From assembly GCA_050251055.1 (NCBI GenBank), contig JBFWNL010000008.1, forward strand, positions 64,001 through 128,000: DNA of 64,000 nt, read 5' to 3'. Source of the DNA: Bacteriovoracia bacterium. Its GTDB lineage: Bacteria > Bdellovibrionota > UBA1018 > JBFWNL01. The position numbers and the translations under genes are program-made. A model generated the notes under the pieces. It saw nothing but the letters and a program-made list of their open reading frames with translations. It searched no databases and had not been told where the DNA came from. Shown piece after piece: positions 9,969 through 22,300 of the stretch (positions are counted from its first letter, which is position 1; each line of letters begins with the position of its first letter).

Positions 9969-10047
9969 TTATCTAATGCCCGATAACTTCGGCAGGCTAT
10001 CAATCTCCCGCGCCAAAAACAAGGCGGGCTTTCATGACCACACGCGT

Positions 10048-10821
10048 TTAAATGCGCGTTGGGCCTGGCGGGAGCGCGCCGGCACGGAGCTTCTGTTCCG
10101 CGCTCGATGCGCGCAGATAATTTGGATGAAGCTCGGAAAAACGCACGGCTTTTTTTTCCAAAAACTCCCGCCAAACCAGCGTACCCAGCTCAGCCGCCCG
10201 CACCGAATGAGAGGAAGCCTCCCGGGGCTCCCGACGCTCGCCGGGCAATCCTTCAAAGTAGCGGGGATACCGCAGCACCGCCTCTCCTACCGCGATCCAA
10301 GGTGCATCGCTTCCGCGTTGGGAGAGCACTTGCTCCAGATGAAGGCGCATTGCGGCGGGTTCCATGACCCGTTCTTTTGGACCACCGTTTCTCCATTGGG
10401 AAGCTTCGCCACCAGCAACGAAGAGCTCGCCCTTAGCCGCGTCCGTAGACGCGATGATGTAGGGCTCCCCGGTTTTTTCTGCAGCGGCCTCGGCGATCGG
10501 GATTCCGAGCGCGCGCAGACTCGAAAAGCCGACTACCGGTGCGTCCAGCCCCTGGGCCAGGGAACGCGCCGTGGTCACCCCGATACGTAAACCGGTAAAG
10601 CTGCCCGGTCCGCGCCCCACCGCGAGAAAATCCAGATCCCGAATCTTCCAACGCTGGTTCGTTAAAAGTTCATCAATCGCCCAAAGCAGCCGTTCGGAAT
10701 GCACCGCCGTGGCGTCGAGCGTGAGCTCGGCCCGGCACTCTGGGCGCACGGCCTCCGGTTGAGCTTCAAAGAGCGCGACGCTGCCGACTTTAGAGGAAGT
10801 ATCCCAAACGCAAAACCGCAC
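10048..10821 (-). CDS. tsaB: tRNA threonylcarbamoyladenosine biosynthesis protein TsaB
   Basis: DTS at N-terminus, HSE.L, GPGSFTGLRIG, P.YLR.S.AE C-terminus. Confidence 0.93.
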   Translation of the reverse strand: MRFCVWDTSSKVGSVALFEAQPEAVRPECRAELTLDATAVHSERLLWAIDELLTNQRWKIRDLDFLAVGRGPGSFTGLRIGVTTARSLAQGLDAPVVGFSSLRALGIPIAEAAAEKTGEPYIIASTDAAKGELFVAGGEASQWRNGGPKERVMEPAAMRLHLEQVLSQRGSDAPWIAVGEAVLRYPRYFEGLPGERREPREASSHSVRAAELGTLVWREFLEKKAVRFSELHPNYLRASSAEQKLRAGALPPGPTRI

Positions 10822-10830
10822 GGGGTTAAC

Positions 10831-12462
10831 CTAGAAATTCACGAACCGCAGAATGTCGTTCTTCATGACGATAATCATGAGGAGCAGGATGAGCGAGAGC
10901 CCCACCTGCTGCACGAACTCCATCTGCTTCACGGTGAGCGCCTTGCCGCGGATCCACTCCACACCCAAAAGCAGGATATGGCCGCCGTCCAAGACTGGCA
11001 CCGGTAGGATGTTCAAAATCCCCAGGCCGACCGAAAGAATCGCCATCGTGGTGAGGAAAGCGACCAGGCCATGTTCAAGCGAATCGCCCGCGATCTTCGC
11101 GATCAGCAACGGACCGCCCAAAGTCTTCACCGAAACATCGCCCGTGAACATCTTGAGGATCGAAACCAAGTTGCGCCATGAGAATACAACCGTGCGCTCG
11201 ACGCCCTTGTAAACCAGCGTGAAAGGGTTCAGGATCCGCTCGGCGACCGTTTTCATTTCGGCGTAAACCAGCATCGGCGCGATGCCGATCGTGTACTGCG
11301 TGATCTTGTTCAAGAGCGGGTCTTTTTCCTTGGTCTCGGTCGGCGTGAGCTTCGCGGTCATGAACTTGCCTTCACGCTCCCAAGTCACTTCCACCTGGCC
11401 TTTTTCTCCCATTTTTTGGATGGCTTGGCGCATGGAATAGAAGCTCCCGATCGCGTCTCCGCCCACGCGGGCGATCCGGTCGCCCTTTTGAATGCCGGCC
11501 TTCGAGGCAGGCGCATCGGCTAACGCCTTGTCGACAAAGAGTTCGGAAGAATGCAGGCCCCAGTCGGCGAGCGGAGCCATCTTACCGCCTTTGGCGGTCG
11601 CCACCGTCAGCTCCGCGCTCGCGACGGCTTCCTTCGCATCCTTATACTGGATACGGACCTTATCGCCCGCCCGAAGCGCCGCCGCGGCGGCTTCGACCTG
11701 TTCCCAGTTCGTGACCGCTTGCCCATTGAATTCCGTGATTTGATCACCCGTCTTGAGACCAGCCCGCCCGGCTGGCGATTGCGGGTCGGAGATGCCAATC
11801 TGGGTCGAACGCGCGACCGCGACCATACCGTCGATCTTGCCGACCTGGGTTTCCTCGCCGAACTCGCTGAAGCCGTTTTCGGTCGTGGGCGTCACTTTGA
11901 ACTCCACCGCCTGCGCCTCGCCTGGGTGAAGCACCGTAAAACGCATTTCTTGGTTGGGGTGGTCGTTGATTTGGCTCACCACCTCGTGGAAAGTCTTCAC
12001 CGGCTGCCCGTTGATCTGCTGGACTTCGTCGCCGCTACGGAAACCCATCGTCGCGGCCTCGGAACCGGGCTCCACGCGACCGATGACGCTCGCAAGCTGG
12101 GGTTCACCAATGGCGAGAATCGCCATGAAGACGAAAACCGCGAAGATAAAATTAAAGAGCGGACCGCCGAGAAAAATAAAGAACCGTTTCCAAGGAAGCT
12201 GCGCCTGCAACGAGCGGCGTTTGTCTTCCGGAGGTAGTTCCACGCCCGGTTCCTCGCCCAAGAGTTTCACGTATCCGCCGAGGGGAACCGCCGAGACGCG
12301 GAAATCCGTTTCGCCGTACTTGCGCGACCAAAGCTTGGGCCCGAAACCGATGGAGAAGACTTCGGCCTTCACGCCGAACAGCTTGGCGAACAAGAAGTGG
12401 CCCAGCTCGTGGACGACGACCAAAGGCGCTAAGATGACGATGAAACCTAACATGCTGAGCAA
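10831..12462 (-). CDS. rseP: RIP metalloprotease RseP with multiple PDZ domains
   Basis: HELGH, PLGGYVK, NILPVPVLDGG; TTG start with AGGAG RBS. Confidence 0.95.
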   Translation of the reverse strand: MLSMLGFIVILAPLVVVHELGHFLFAKLFGVKAEVFSIGFGPKLWSRKYGETDFRVSAVPLGGYVKLLGEEPGVELPPEDKRRSLQAQLPWKRFFIFLGGPLFNFIFAVFVFMAILAIGEPQLASVIGRVEPGSEAATMGFRSGDEVQQINGQPVKTFHEVVSQINDHPNQEMRFTVLHPGEAQAVEFKVTPTTENGFSEFGEETQVGKIDGMVAVARSTQIGISDPQSPAGRAGLKTGDQITEFNGQAVTNWEQVEAAAAALRAGDKVRIQYKDAKEAVASAELTVATAKGGKMAPLADWGLHSSELFVDKALADAPASKAGIQKGDRIARVGGDAIGSFYSMRQAIQKMGEKGQVEVTWEREGKFMTAKLTPTETKEKDPLLNKITQYTIGIAPMLVYAEMKTVAERILNPFTLVYKGVERTVVFSWRNLVSILKMFTGDVSVKTLGGPLLIAKIAGDSLEHGLVAFLTTMAILSVGLGILNILPVPVLDGGHILLLGVEWIRGKALTVKQMEFVQQVGLSLILLLMIIVMKNDILRFVNF

Positions 12463-12484
12463 GGGATTCTCCTATCCGCCGGCG

Positions 12485-13306
12485 TTAGCGAAGCAGCTGG
12501 ATGAGAGTATACATGGCGGGAAGGCTAAAAACCACACCGTCGAACCGATCGAGGAAACCGCCGTGACCCGGCAAAATTTTCCCCGAATCTTTTTTGTCAA
12601 AAGCTCGCTTGAGGAAACTTTCACAAAGATCGCCCACTTGGGAGACCACGCTCACGATCGCGGCAATAGCGACGACGAGGAAGGCCGGGATCGGGAAGTG
12701 AAAAACTCGGGTACAAATCAGCGCGACCAACATGCTCGCCAAAAGTCCGCCGAACGCGCCTTCGACCGTCTTCTTTGGACTGATTAGCGGGTAGAGCTTG
12801 TGCTTACCGAAGCGCTTGCCCACGAAGTAGGCCCCGGTGTCCCCCGCCCAATTCACGAATAAAAAAAGCAGCACCCAAGATTGGCCGAATCGATCCTGGC
12901 GAATCGCCGGCAGGAGCAGGGGCAGGTAGATCAGGTAAACGATGGCGAAAATGGAGTACATCAGCTCCTGGCAATGCGCGAGGAACGCGGAACCCTGGTA
13001 ACGTTGCGCGGTGACCAGAAAATAAGTGAAGAGTGCGAGGAACGTAAAAAACAGCGAATTCATCCGCAGCGTGGGTGACATCCAACCCATGACGAATGCC
13101 AGCAGCGCGAGCGCCGCTAGCACCCAGAACTTCTGCTGCTTATCGGGCATGTTAAAAGTAATGTGGCTGAACTCGTAGAGCATGCCGAAGGAAAGCACGA
13201 GGGTGAGAAAAACCGTGCCGCCCACGCCACCGACGGTAACGAGCGCAATGAGCAGAGACGCGCCCAAGACGCCGGTAACGACCCGCAAACCCAGCTCACG
13301 GCTCAT
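12485..13306 (-). CDS. cdsA: Phosphatidate cytidylyltransferase
   Basis: SPKKTVEG, GDLCESFLKR, KDSG..LPGHGG.LDRFD. Confidence 0.95.
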   Translation of the reverse strand: MSRELGLRVVTGVLGASLLIALVTVGGVGGTVFLTLVLSFGMLYEFSHITFNMPDKQQKFWVLAALALLAFVMGWMSPTLRMNSLFFTFLALFTYFLVTAQRYQGSAFLAHCQELMYSIFAIVYLIYLPLLLPAIRQDRFGQSWVLLFLFVNWAGDTGAYFVGKRFGKHKLYPLISPKKTVEGAFGGLLASMLVALICTRVFHFPIPAFLVVAIAAIVSVVSQVGDLCESFLKRAFDKKDSGKILPGHGGFLDRFDGVVFSLPAMYTLIQLLR

Positions 13307-14094
13307 GCCGGCGAGCCCACCTGGGGGGTCACCACGGATCCGGGCGCCACGCCGGACGGAAGACTCGACGCCAGCGGCCGCACGTTTTGCACGCCGCCGA
13401 AACGGCGATCCCGCTGGCCGAACGCGGTCACGGCGGCGGCGAAGTGCTCGGGCGTGAAGTCAGGCCAGCACACGTCATCGAAGTAATATTCCGCGTACGC
13501 CGCCTGCCAGAGCAGGAAGTTACTGATACGCATCTCACCGCTCGTACGAATGACCAGATCCACTTCGGCTAAATCGCCCAAATCCGCAGTCCAGAGATAC
13601 TTCCACATCAGGGCTTCCGACATCTCTTCCGGTCGACGACGGCCCTCCACGCAGTCCCGCGCGAAAAGCGCGGCTGCCCGCACGAGCTCGCTGCGGGCTC
13701 CGTAAGAAAGCATGAGATTGAGCTGCAAGCCGGTATTCTGGGATAAGCGCCGTTCCGCGTCTTGCACGAGCGCCCGCAGCTCGGGATTCAAACGATCGAG
13801 CTGGCCGCATACGCGCAGCCGGATGTTCTCGCGATCGAGCTCCTCGGTCTCGTCGAGGATGCTTTTCTTGAGCAGCTTCCAAAGCACCTGGAGTTCGGCG
13901 GCGGGGCGCGACCAGTTTTCCGTGGAAAACCCGAAGAGCGTGACCGCTTTCACGCCGAGACGGTCGGCCTCCTTCACCACGGCCTTCACCCTAGATGCGC
14001 CGCGTACGTGCCCGTAGGCGCGCGGATGGCCGCGACTTACGGCCCACCGACCGTTGCCATCCATAATGATCGCGACATGCTTCGGAGTTTGCAT
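13303..14094 (-). CDS. uppS: Undecaprenyl diphosphate synthase
   Basis: HVAIIMDGNGRWA, FSTENW, IRTSGE.RISNFLLWQ. Confidence 0.96.
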   Translation of the reverse strand: MQTPKHVAIIMDGNGRWAVSRGHPRAYGHVRGASRVKAVVKEADRLGVKAVTLFGFSTENWSRPAAELQVLWKLLKKSILDETEELDRENIRLRVCGQLDRLNPELRALVQDAERRLSQNTGLQLNLMLSYGARSELVRAAALFARDCVEGRRRPEEMSEALMWKYLWTADLGDLAEVDLVIRTSGEMRISNFLLWQAAYAEYYFDDVCWPDFTPEHFAAAVTAFGQRDRRFGGVQNVRPLASSLPSGVAPGSVVTPQVGSPA

Positions 14095-14096
14095 GC

Positions 14097-14654
14097 CTAC
14101 ACCGTCATGATTTCTTTTTCTTTGGCTTCAATCAGCTTGTCGACTTCGGCGATCTTCTCGTCCGTCTTCTTCTGGATGAGATCCATGCCCTTCTTGGCTT
14201 CGTCGGTGGAGACGGCCTTCGCCTTCTCCTGCTTCTTGAACTCTTCGTTGGCGTCGCGGCGGTGGTTACGGACGGCGATCTTGGCGTCTTCGCCGAGCTT
14301 TTTAACGACCTTCACCATCTCCTTGCGGCGCTCCTCCGTGGGGGAAGGCACCGGCAGACGGATCACCTTGCCGTCCGAGCGGGGGTTCAGGCCGATATTG
14401 GCGGCCAAAATAGCTTTTTCGATCGGCGCGATCATGGCCGGTTCCCACGGCACGATCTGCACTGTACGCGCGTCGGGCACGGTCACGTTCGCCACCTGGC
14501 TAATCGGAACGTTCGATCCGTAGTAATCGACGCTCACCGAATCCACCAGGGCGGTCGAAGCGCGGCCCGTGCGAACCTTTACCAGCTCCTTCTGGAGGCT
14601 CTGCACGCTCTTTTCCATGTCTTTGCCCATTCCATCTACGATTGCGTTAGTCAC
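14097..14654 (-). CDS. frr: Ribosome recycling factor
   Basis: RTGRAS, DYYG, TEERRKE, VRNHRRDA. Confidence 0.97.
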   Translation of the reverse strand: MTNAIVDGMGKDMEKSVQSLQKELVKVRTGRASTALVDSVSVDYYGSNVPISQVANVTVPDARTVQIVPWEPAMIAPIEKAILAANIGLNPRSDGKVIRLPVPSPTEERRKEMVKVVKKLGEDAKIAVRNHRRDANEEFKKQEKAKAVSTDEAKKGMDLIQKKTDEKIAEVDKLIEAKEKEIMTV

Positions 14655-14666
14655 CTAAGGCTCCTC

Positions 14667-16006
<1,340 letters not shown>

Positions 16007-16029
16007 GAGATGCTCCTTATGCTACGCGA

Positions 16030-16950
16030 TTACTTCTTCTTCTTGGCCGGAGCCTTGGCGGGCGCCGCAGCGTCCGTCGGGGCAGCGGCGGCTTCCGCGC
16101 CAGCCTCGGGGGCTTCGCCTTCGGTGGCTTCCGCCGCCGACATCGCTTCCAGATCGGCCTCGTCGATGCCCTTGAGGTCGATATCGCCTTCGAACTTCGA
16201 GACCTTCTTCTCCTGGTCCGAATCGTCCTGGTTGGCGTCCACCTGGTTGGCGCGCAGCTTTTCTTGGAAAACCTTATCGCCTTCGAGGCAGCTGTCGGCG
16301 ATCAAGCGCGCGAACAAGCTCACGCTGCGGATCGCGTCGTCGTTGCCCGGGATGACGTAGTTCACTTCCGAAGGATCGCAGTTCGTGTCCACAACGGCCA
16401 CGATCGGGATGCCCAACTTCTTGGCTTCCTTCACGGCGATGTGTTCCTTCATCGTATCGACGATGAACAGGGCGCCCGGGAGCTTCTTCATGTCTTGAAT
16501 GCCGCCCAAGGACTTCTTCAGCTTATCGAGCTCGCGCTCGTAGCGGGACTGCTCCTTCTTCGAGGTGTGGGCCCATTCGGTGGATTCCTTGAGGGCCTCG
16601 ATCTTCTTCATGCGATCGATGGAGGCCTTCACGGTTTGGTAATTCGTGAGCATGCCGCCCAACCAGCGGTTGGTGACGTAGCCCATGCCGGCGCGCTTGG
16701 CTTCGCTTTCAATCACGTCCTTGGCTTGCTTCTTCGTGCCGACAAAGAGCACGCGCTTGCCTTCGGAAGCGAGCTTCGAAACGAAGTCGCAAGCCGAACG
16801 GGTGTGTTCGACGGTCTTTTGGAGATCGATGATGTAGATCCCGTTACGAGCACCAAAGACGAAAGGCTTCATCTTGGGGTTCCAGTGATTGGTTTGGTGA
16901 CCGAAGTGAACCCCGGCTTCCAGCAGTTCCCGCATAGTGACGGTTGGCAT
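16030..16950 (-). CDS. rpsB: 30S ribosomal protein S2 with acidic/Ala-rich C-terminal tail
   Basis: [28 protein letters not shown]. Confidence 0.98.
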   Translation of the reverse strand: MPTVTMRELLEAGVHFGHQTNHWNPKMKPFVFGARNGIYIIDLQKTVEHTRSACDFVSKLASEGKRVLFVGTKKQAKDVIESEAKRAGMGYVTNRWLGGMLTNYQTVKASIDRMKKIEALKESTEWAHTSKKEQSRYERELDKLKKSLGGIQDMKKLPGALFIVDTMKEHIAVKEAKKLGIPIVAVVDTNCDPSEVNYVIPGNDDAIRSVSLFARLIADSCLEGDKVFQEKLRANQVDANQDDSDQEKKVSKFEGDIDLKGIDEADLEAMSAAEATEGEAPEAGAEAAAAPTDAAAPAKAPAKKKK

Positions 16951-17014
16951 TGTTTTCTATTCTCCTGATGTGAATAGCGGAATCGCGAAACGCAAAGAAA
17001 GTGCGCTCAGAGAG

Positions 17015-17103
17015 CCCGCGGTTTATCCTCCACCCTCAAAACCGCCGGGGTCGATTCCGATCCCGAAGGCACCACGTTCATGACGAGGGTGTGTGTAGTT
17101 TTA
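17015..17103 (-). ncRNA. S2 leader (t44-like) autoregulatory RNA
   Basis: Minus strand ACACACAC...GGTGCCTTCGGG...GTGGAGGATAAACC upstream of rpsB matches the t44/rpsB leader architecture; TTGAAG-N17-TACAAG promoter just upstream. Confidence 0.8.
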
Positions 17104-17220
17104 CTTCTGGAAAGCTTGTACCGTGCGGGGGGAAGCGCTTCAAGGGGATTCTCTGAGTAGCGTTGTAGGCCAATAGGGGGGCGTAGAAGTTGATCATTTC
17201 AATAAGAATACGTGTAAGTA

Positions 17221-18051
17221 TTGATTATTGCTGATTCTACTGCGAAGCTAGTGCCAGTGAGAGTTGCCACCCTTCTCCTCCTTAGCCTCGGAGGCCTTGG
17301 ACTTGCCACGTATCCGGGCTCCTTCGCCGATGAACCTACCCTGTCGGCGGCCACGTCCGTGTACGACCCCAGAAATCGGCTGGTACCAGAGCTCAAGCAA
17401 GCGCTCGAGGCCATTTCGATCGAGCAGCTGACCGCAGGCGGCCAACGCCTGATGCTCGCGGTGTTCGATCAAGCGGAGGGCGGATCGCCCGAGGACACGG
17501 CTCGCCGATACTTCGATCGATCGCGGCAAGTGGACGCGGGCCTGCTGGTGCACGGCTCGAAAGATCAACGCATTTTGGTGGCTCTCTTTTGGTCAGAAAA
17601 AGAAGTCGTCGTCGAAACTGGGCTCGGTTTGGACGCTCTAGTTAGCCGCGACACCCTCCAAGGGATCGCCGACGAGCAGCTCGCACCCCGACTTAAAGGA
17701 GGAGGGGTCGCCACCGGCATCATCCGCACCTACCTCGGTATCTTGCGCGCGATCGAAAGCCCGCTGGTGCCCAGTCAAAAGGCCGAGCAAATTTTCAACG
17801 CGTGGTCGATCGAGGGCGCCGCCGCACCCGCGCCGGTATCGTGGACCTGGCTTTTCGTGATCTTCGCGAGTTCGGGATTGGCGCTCGCCGTGATCGGCGT
17901 CCTGATTTCTTCGGTGGAATGGCACGTCTCGCACGAAGGCACGATCCGTATCAGCCCCGTGACCCGCTTCCTGTTTGACCTGCGGACGCGCCTAGCCGGC
18001 CGAAAGACCGCGGGGCCAGGCGATCTAGGAGGCTCCGTTGCTGACTGGTAA
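17221..18051 (+). CDS. TPM-domain membrane protein
   Basis: G.L.....DQR...VETGLGL..LV.D TPM-like core, C-terminal TM and GGS..DW end; start uncertain. Confidence 0.7.
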   Translation: MIIADSTAKLVPVRVATLLLLSLGGLGLATYPGSFADEPTLSAATSVYDPRNRLVPELKQALEAISIEQLTAGGQRLMLAVFDQAEGGSPEDTARRYFDRSRQVDAGLLVHGSKDQRILVALFWSEKEVVVETGLGLDALVSRDTLQGIADEQLAPRLKGGGVATGIIRTYLGILRAIESPLVPSQKAEQIFNAWSIEGAAAPAPVSWTWLFVIFASSGLALAVIGVLISSVEWHVSHEGTIRISPVTRFLFDLRTRLAGRKTAGPGDLGGSVADW

Positions 18052-18421
18052 GTCGTCCAAGATCCAAACCGCGATCGAAGAGGCGCAGGCCCAGGCGCTA
18101 GGTGAGATCCGGGTGCACATCAGCTCACGGCGGTTTGAGCGGGATCCCCTGCGCTCGGCCCAAAACCTGTTTCGCATGCTTAAGCTCGATCGATCCGGCG
18201 CGCGTAACGGGGTTCTGATCTACGTGAATCAACGCCGGCGCAAGCTCGCCGTCGTGGCGGATTTTGTGTTCATGGAGGCGGTAGGCCCCCGCTACCTCGA
18301 TGACCTCTGCACGCTTCTACGCAATGACCTGAACTGTACGCACATCGAGAATGCGCTCGCGATGGCGGTGCGTGTGCTGGGGATTACCCTGCAGAAGCAC
18401 TTTCCGCGATTGGAAGCCTAA
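18038..18421 (+). CDS. Small TPM-domain protein
   Basis: AIEEA....GEIRVHI, RNGVLIYV...KLAVVAD, HFP ending; overlaps the preceding TPM gene. Confidence 0.8.
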   Translation: MLTGKSSKIQTAIEEAQAQALGEIRVHISSRRFERDPLRSAQNLFRMLKLDRSGARNGVLIYVNQRRRKLAVVADFVFMEAVGPRYLDDLCTLLRNDLNCTHIENALAMAVRVLGITLQKHFPRLEA

Positions 18422-19383
18422 AAATCAAGTAGCTGCTCGGCGGGTTGATTCAAGCGCCACGACGGGGCCCGCGAATTCAAGGGTTCGCCCGCGATTACCT
18501 TCGCATAAAGCTTGAGGTAGCTTTCCACCATGACCGCGGAAGAAAACCGCGCTTCCGCGCGCGCCCGGATGCATTCCGGATCGAAAGCCTTCGGCGGTTC
18601 CAGCAGGGCACGGGAAAAATCCGCGAAGCGATCGCAAAGAATGCCGTTCTCGTCGTCAACGAGCTCGGGCAGGCTACCGTACCGGGAGCCGATTACCGGC
18701 AACCCCGTCGCGAAGGCCTCGACCATCGAGATCCCGAAGGGTTCGTGCCAGCGTACGGGATTCAGGAGCGCGTGCGCGTTTTGGAGCAGACGGTTTTTTC
18801 CGACCTGGTCCACCTGGCCGTGGGATTTCACGTAGCGCGACCATATCCAGGCCCGCCCGCCCGCGATATCGAGCCGTTTGCGGCTGGCGCGAGCGGCCCG
18901 CACGCAATCCCGCAAGTTTTTCACCTTCCAGCTGGCCTTGGCGAGAAACAAAAACCGCTCCCACCCGGTGCCCGGGCGAGGGTGAAACGGATATTCCGAA
19001 AAATCCACGCCATTGTAGACAAAGCACTCGGCGCCGTGATTTTCAGCATGCTTACGGGAGAGAAAAACCACGTTCGGGGGGAAGACCTCACCCGTCCGCC
19101 CGTTCCCGTGAATGGTGGCCAGCGTCGGCACGCCCAGATCCCGCGGCGGCGGGTAGGTCAGGTGAACCACGTCCACGCCCTTCGGCAACCGGGTCCACCA
19201 CTCTCCGGTCGCGTCTTTCACGAAGCGCACGCCATCCCGCGAAAGATCGCTGCCGGCGGGCCCGATGAAAGTCACCTCGTGCCCCTGGCGTACGAGCTCT
19301 CGCATTGTCCATACGAGAATTCGCTCGGTACCGCCGTACTTCAAGGCGGGCAGGACGCGGGGATAATGGAATGTTACCTTCAT
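18418..19383 (-). CDS. Glycosyltransferase family 4
   Basis: YGGTER, TIHGN, W.EPFGISMVEA.A.G.PVIGS..GSLPE. Confidence 0.9.
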   Translation of the reverse strand: MKVTFHYPRVLPALKYGGTERILVWTMRELVRQGHEVTFIGPAGSDLSRDGVRFVKDATGEWWTRLPKGVDVVHLTYPPPRDLGVPTLATIHGNGRTGEVFPPNVVFLSRKHAENHGAECFVYNGVDFSEYPFHPRPGTGWERFLFLAKASWKVKNLRDCVRAARASRKRLDIAGGRAWIWSRYVKSHGQVDQVGKNRLLQNAHALLNPVRWHEPFGISMVEAFATGLPVIGSRYGSLPELVDDENGILCDRFADFSRALLEPPKAFDPECIRARAEARFSSAVMVESYLKLYAKVIAGEPLNSRAPSWRLNQPAEQLLDF

Positions 19384-19398
19384 TATACTGGTTACTTA

Positions 19399-22300
19399 TT
19401 ATTGGGTGACCGTCGGGGTGGCCACGACCCGGCTCCGTTTGCGACCCGGGTGACCGGAGCCGTTCCCCTGGGTATTTGCGGACTCGTTCTCTTCTCCCGG
19501 CGCCTCGCCATCGAGCCACGACTTTTTGTTCTCGAACCGGCTCAGTGCCAGATAAACGCAGGGAACCAAGTACAACGTGAAGATCGTCGAGACCAGCACC
19601 CCACCGATGACCGTGACGGCCATCGGGATACGGCTCTCCGCCCCGGGGCCGATGGCCAAGGCGGGAGGGATCGCGCCCGCGATGGTCGCAAAGGACGTCA
19701 TTAAAATCGGCCGCAGCCGGATCGGGCAGGCCTGGAGCAGCGCCTTCACGACCGACTTCTCGCCGCGCTCGCGCACCTGGTTGGTGAAGTCCACGAGCAG
19801 GATCGAATTCTTCTTGGCGATCCCCATCAAAAGAATCAAGCCAATCATGCTGTAAATATTAATCGACTGCCCGCCCAGGTAAAGCGCGAAGAACGCGCCC
19901 GTGATGCTGAAAGGCAGCGCCACCAACACCGTCACCGGATCAATGAAGCTGTTGAATTGGGTCGCCAGCACCATATAGGCCACAAAAATTCCGAATACCA
20001 ACGCGAAGATTAGGCTACCGAACGATTCTTGAAACGTCTGGGAGCTTCCGCTGAAGACCACGTGATATTGATCAGGCAACACGCGCTTGGCGATGCTCTG
20101 AATTTCATCGAGGGCTCGCTTCTGGGATTGTCCCTTGGCGAGGTTGGCGTAAACCGTGATCGATCGTTCGCGATTCACGCGTGCCACCGCCTGCACGGTG
20201 GGCTTCTTGTCGATCCGCACGAGATCGGAGAGCCGCACCAGCTCTCCCCGATTATTACGGACATAAAGTCCCCGGATGCGTTCTACTTGGTCGCGTTCGT
20301 CGTCCTGAAGCTTGATGCGGATATCGTAACGATGGCCGTCCTTTGGATACTGTCCAATTCGTTGGCCCCCGATCATGGCGTTGATCGTCTCGCCCACGGC
20401 CCGTAGCGGCACCCCACGTTCGGACGCCTTGATGCGGTCCGGAAAAATCTGAATCTCCGGCATCCCTACCTTATAGTCGGTATCGATATCCGTCACGAGA
20501 CCGGTCTTCGAAAGTTCCTCGCGGATCGCGTTCGCGTGCTTAGCCAGCTCTTCCCAGTTCGGACCTTGCACGGTGAATTCCACCGGAAACCCGCGAGAGC
20601 TAGTTAATCCCCGCATATTGAAATCCTGTACGACCAGGCGAAATTCCTTGCTCTTGCCGAGCGTCTTACGCGCCAACGCCATCATGTCCTGCTGGGTCAG
20701 CTCACGCCCGAGCTCCGGATCGATCCCGCGCTGCCCGCGCGGCTTCATCGTGACGACCACGCGCGCCTGGTTGATGTCGCCGCTTTGGTTACCGCCGCCG
20801 GCCCCCACCGTGACGAAGTAACGGAACACTTCCGGACGGTTCTTCACGAACTCTTCCACGGTCTTGGCGCGCTCGTCGGTGAGCGATAGTGACGATCCGA
20901 CCGGGGTTTGAATCACGATCGCGAAACGCCCTTGATCCTCGGCCGGAATGAACTCCTGACGAATTAATTTCAAGATGAAGAAGCTGCCCACGCAAACCGC
21001 GGTAGCCGCGCCGATCACCGCCCACTTGCGCCGAAGCGCCAACTCGAGCGTGCGTCCGTAGAAAGTCGCCGCCGCCGTCATCGCGGCTTCGAAAAACCGA
21101 CCGAGCTTGGTCGCGCGCTGCTCGGCCACGTGTTCGGCGCCCAAGCTCGCCGCCCGCATGGGGCTTAAGGTAAGGGCTTCCAGTAGGGAAATCAACACCG
21201 CCGCCGTCATCGTTACGCCAAACTGGAAAAAGAACTTGCCGATGATGCCGCTCATGAAAGCCACCGGCAGAAAGATCGCGACGACCGAGACGCTAGCGGC
21301 GGCCGCGGCAAACGTGATTTCCTTTGCCCCATCCAGCGCCGCGCGGCCCCGGGACTTCCCCATCTCCCGGTGACGGGTAATATTCTCCAGCACCATGATG
21401 GCATCGTCGACGACGATTCCGATCGCCATGCTCAGCGCGAGCAAGGTGAAGGTATTCAGCGTGAACCCAAAAAAGTGCAGGACGCTAAACGCGCCAATGA
21501 TGGAGGTGGGAATCGCGAGCAGGACGTTGAACGTGGAGGAGAACGACCCCAAGAACATCCAACATACGAGGCCGGTCATCAGGGCCGAAAGAAGCAGCGT
21601 GAAATTCAGCTCGCCCACCGCCTCTTCTACGTATTTTGAGGAATCGAAGTTGATCCCGACGCTCATGCCTTTCGGCAGGTCGGGCTGGATCTCGGCGAGC
21701 TTTGCGCGAACCGCGCGGGCCACCGCCACCGCGTTCGATCCCCGCTGCTTGACGATCCCGACGTTTAGGGAGGACTGGCCCATCGCGCGCGCCACCGTGC
21801 GCACGTCCTCGGTGCCTTCCTGAAGCGTGGCCACGTCGGCTAGCCGGATGGGATTGTAGTTCGGACCGCCGCCCCGCGTATTGAGCCGAAGCTGGCCAAA
21901 CTGATCGGGTTCGGTCGCCTCTCCGTAAAAGCGCATGTTGTATTCGAAAACGCCTTCGTTCACCTGGCCCGTCGGCGGGTCGACGTGCTCGCGTCCGACG
22001 TTGTCGATCACGTCGTTCACCGCGAGTTGAAAACGCTTCAGATCCTTGTCCCGAATCCACACCCGCATATTAGGTTCGAGGTATCCGCCCATGCGCACCT
22101 CGCCGACGCCGGGCAAGGTGGCAAACTTGTTCTTGAGCGTATCGCGCACGTAAGTCATGAGCTCCTGGCGCGTGTAGCCTTCCGCCTGGACAGAAAAGAA
22201 AAGAATCGGCAGGTCATCCGGGTTGGTCTTGGTGATACTCGGAGGATCCATCTCCGAGGGGAGCTGCTTTTGCGCTTGCGCGATCTTCGCCTGAACATCT

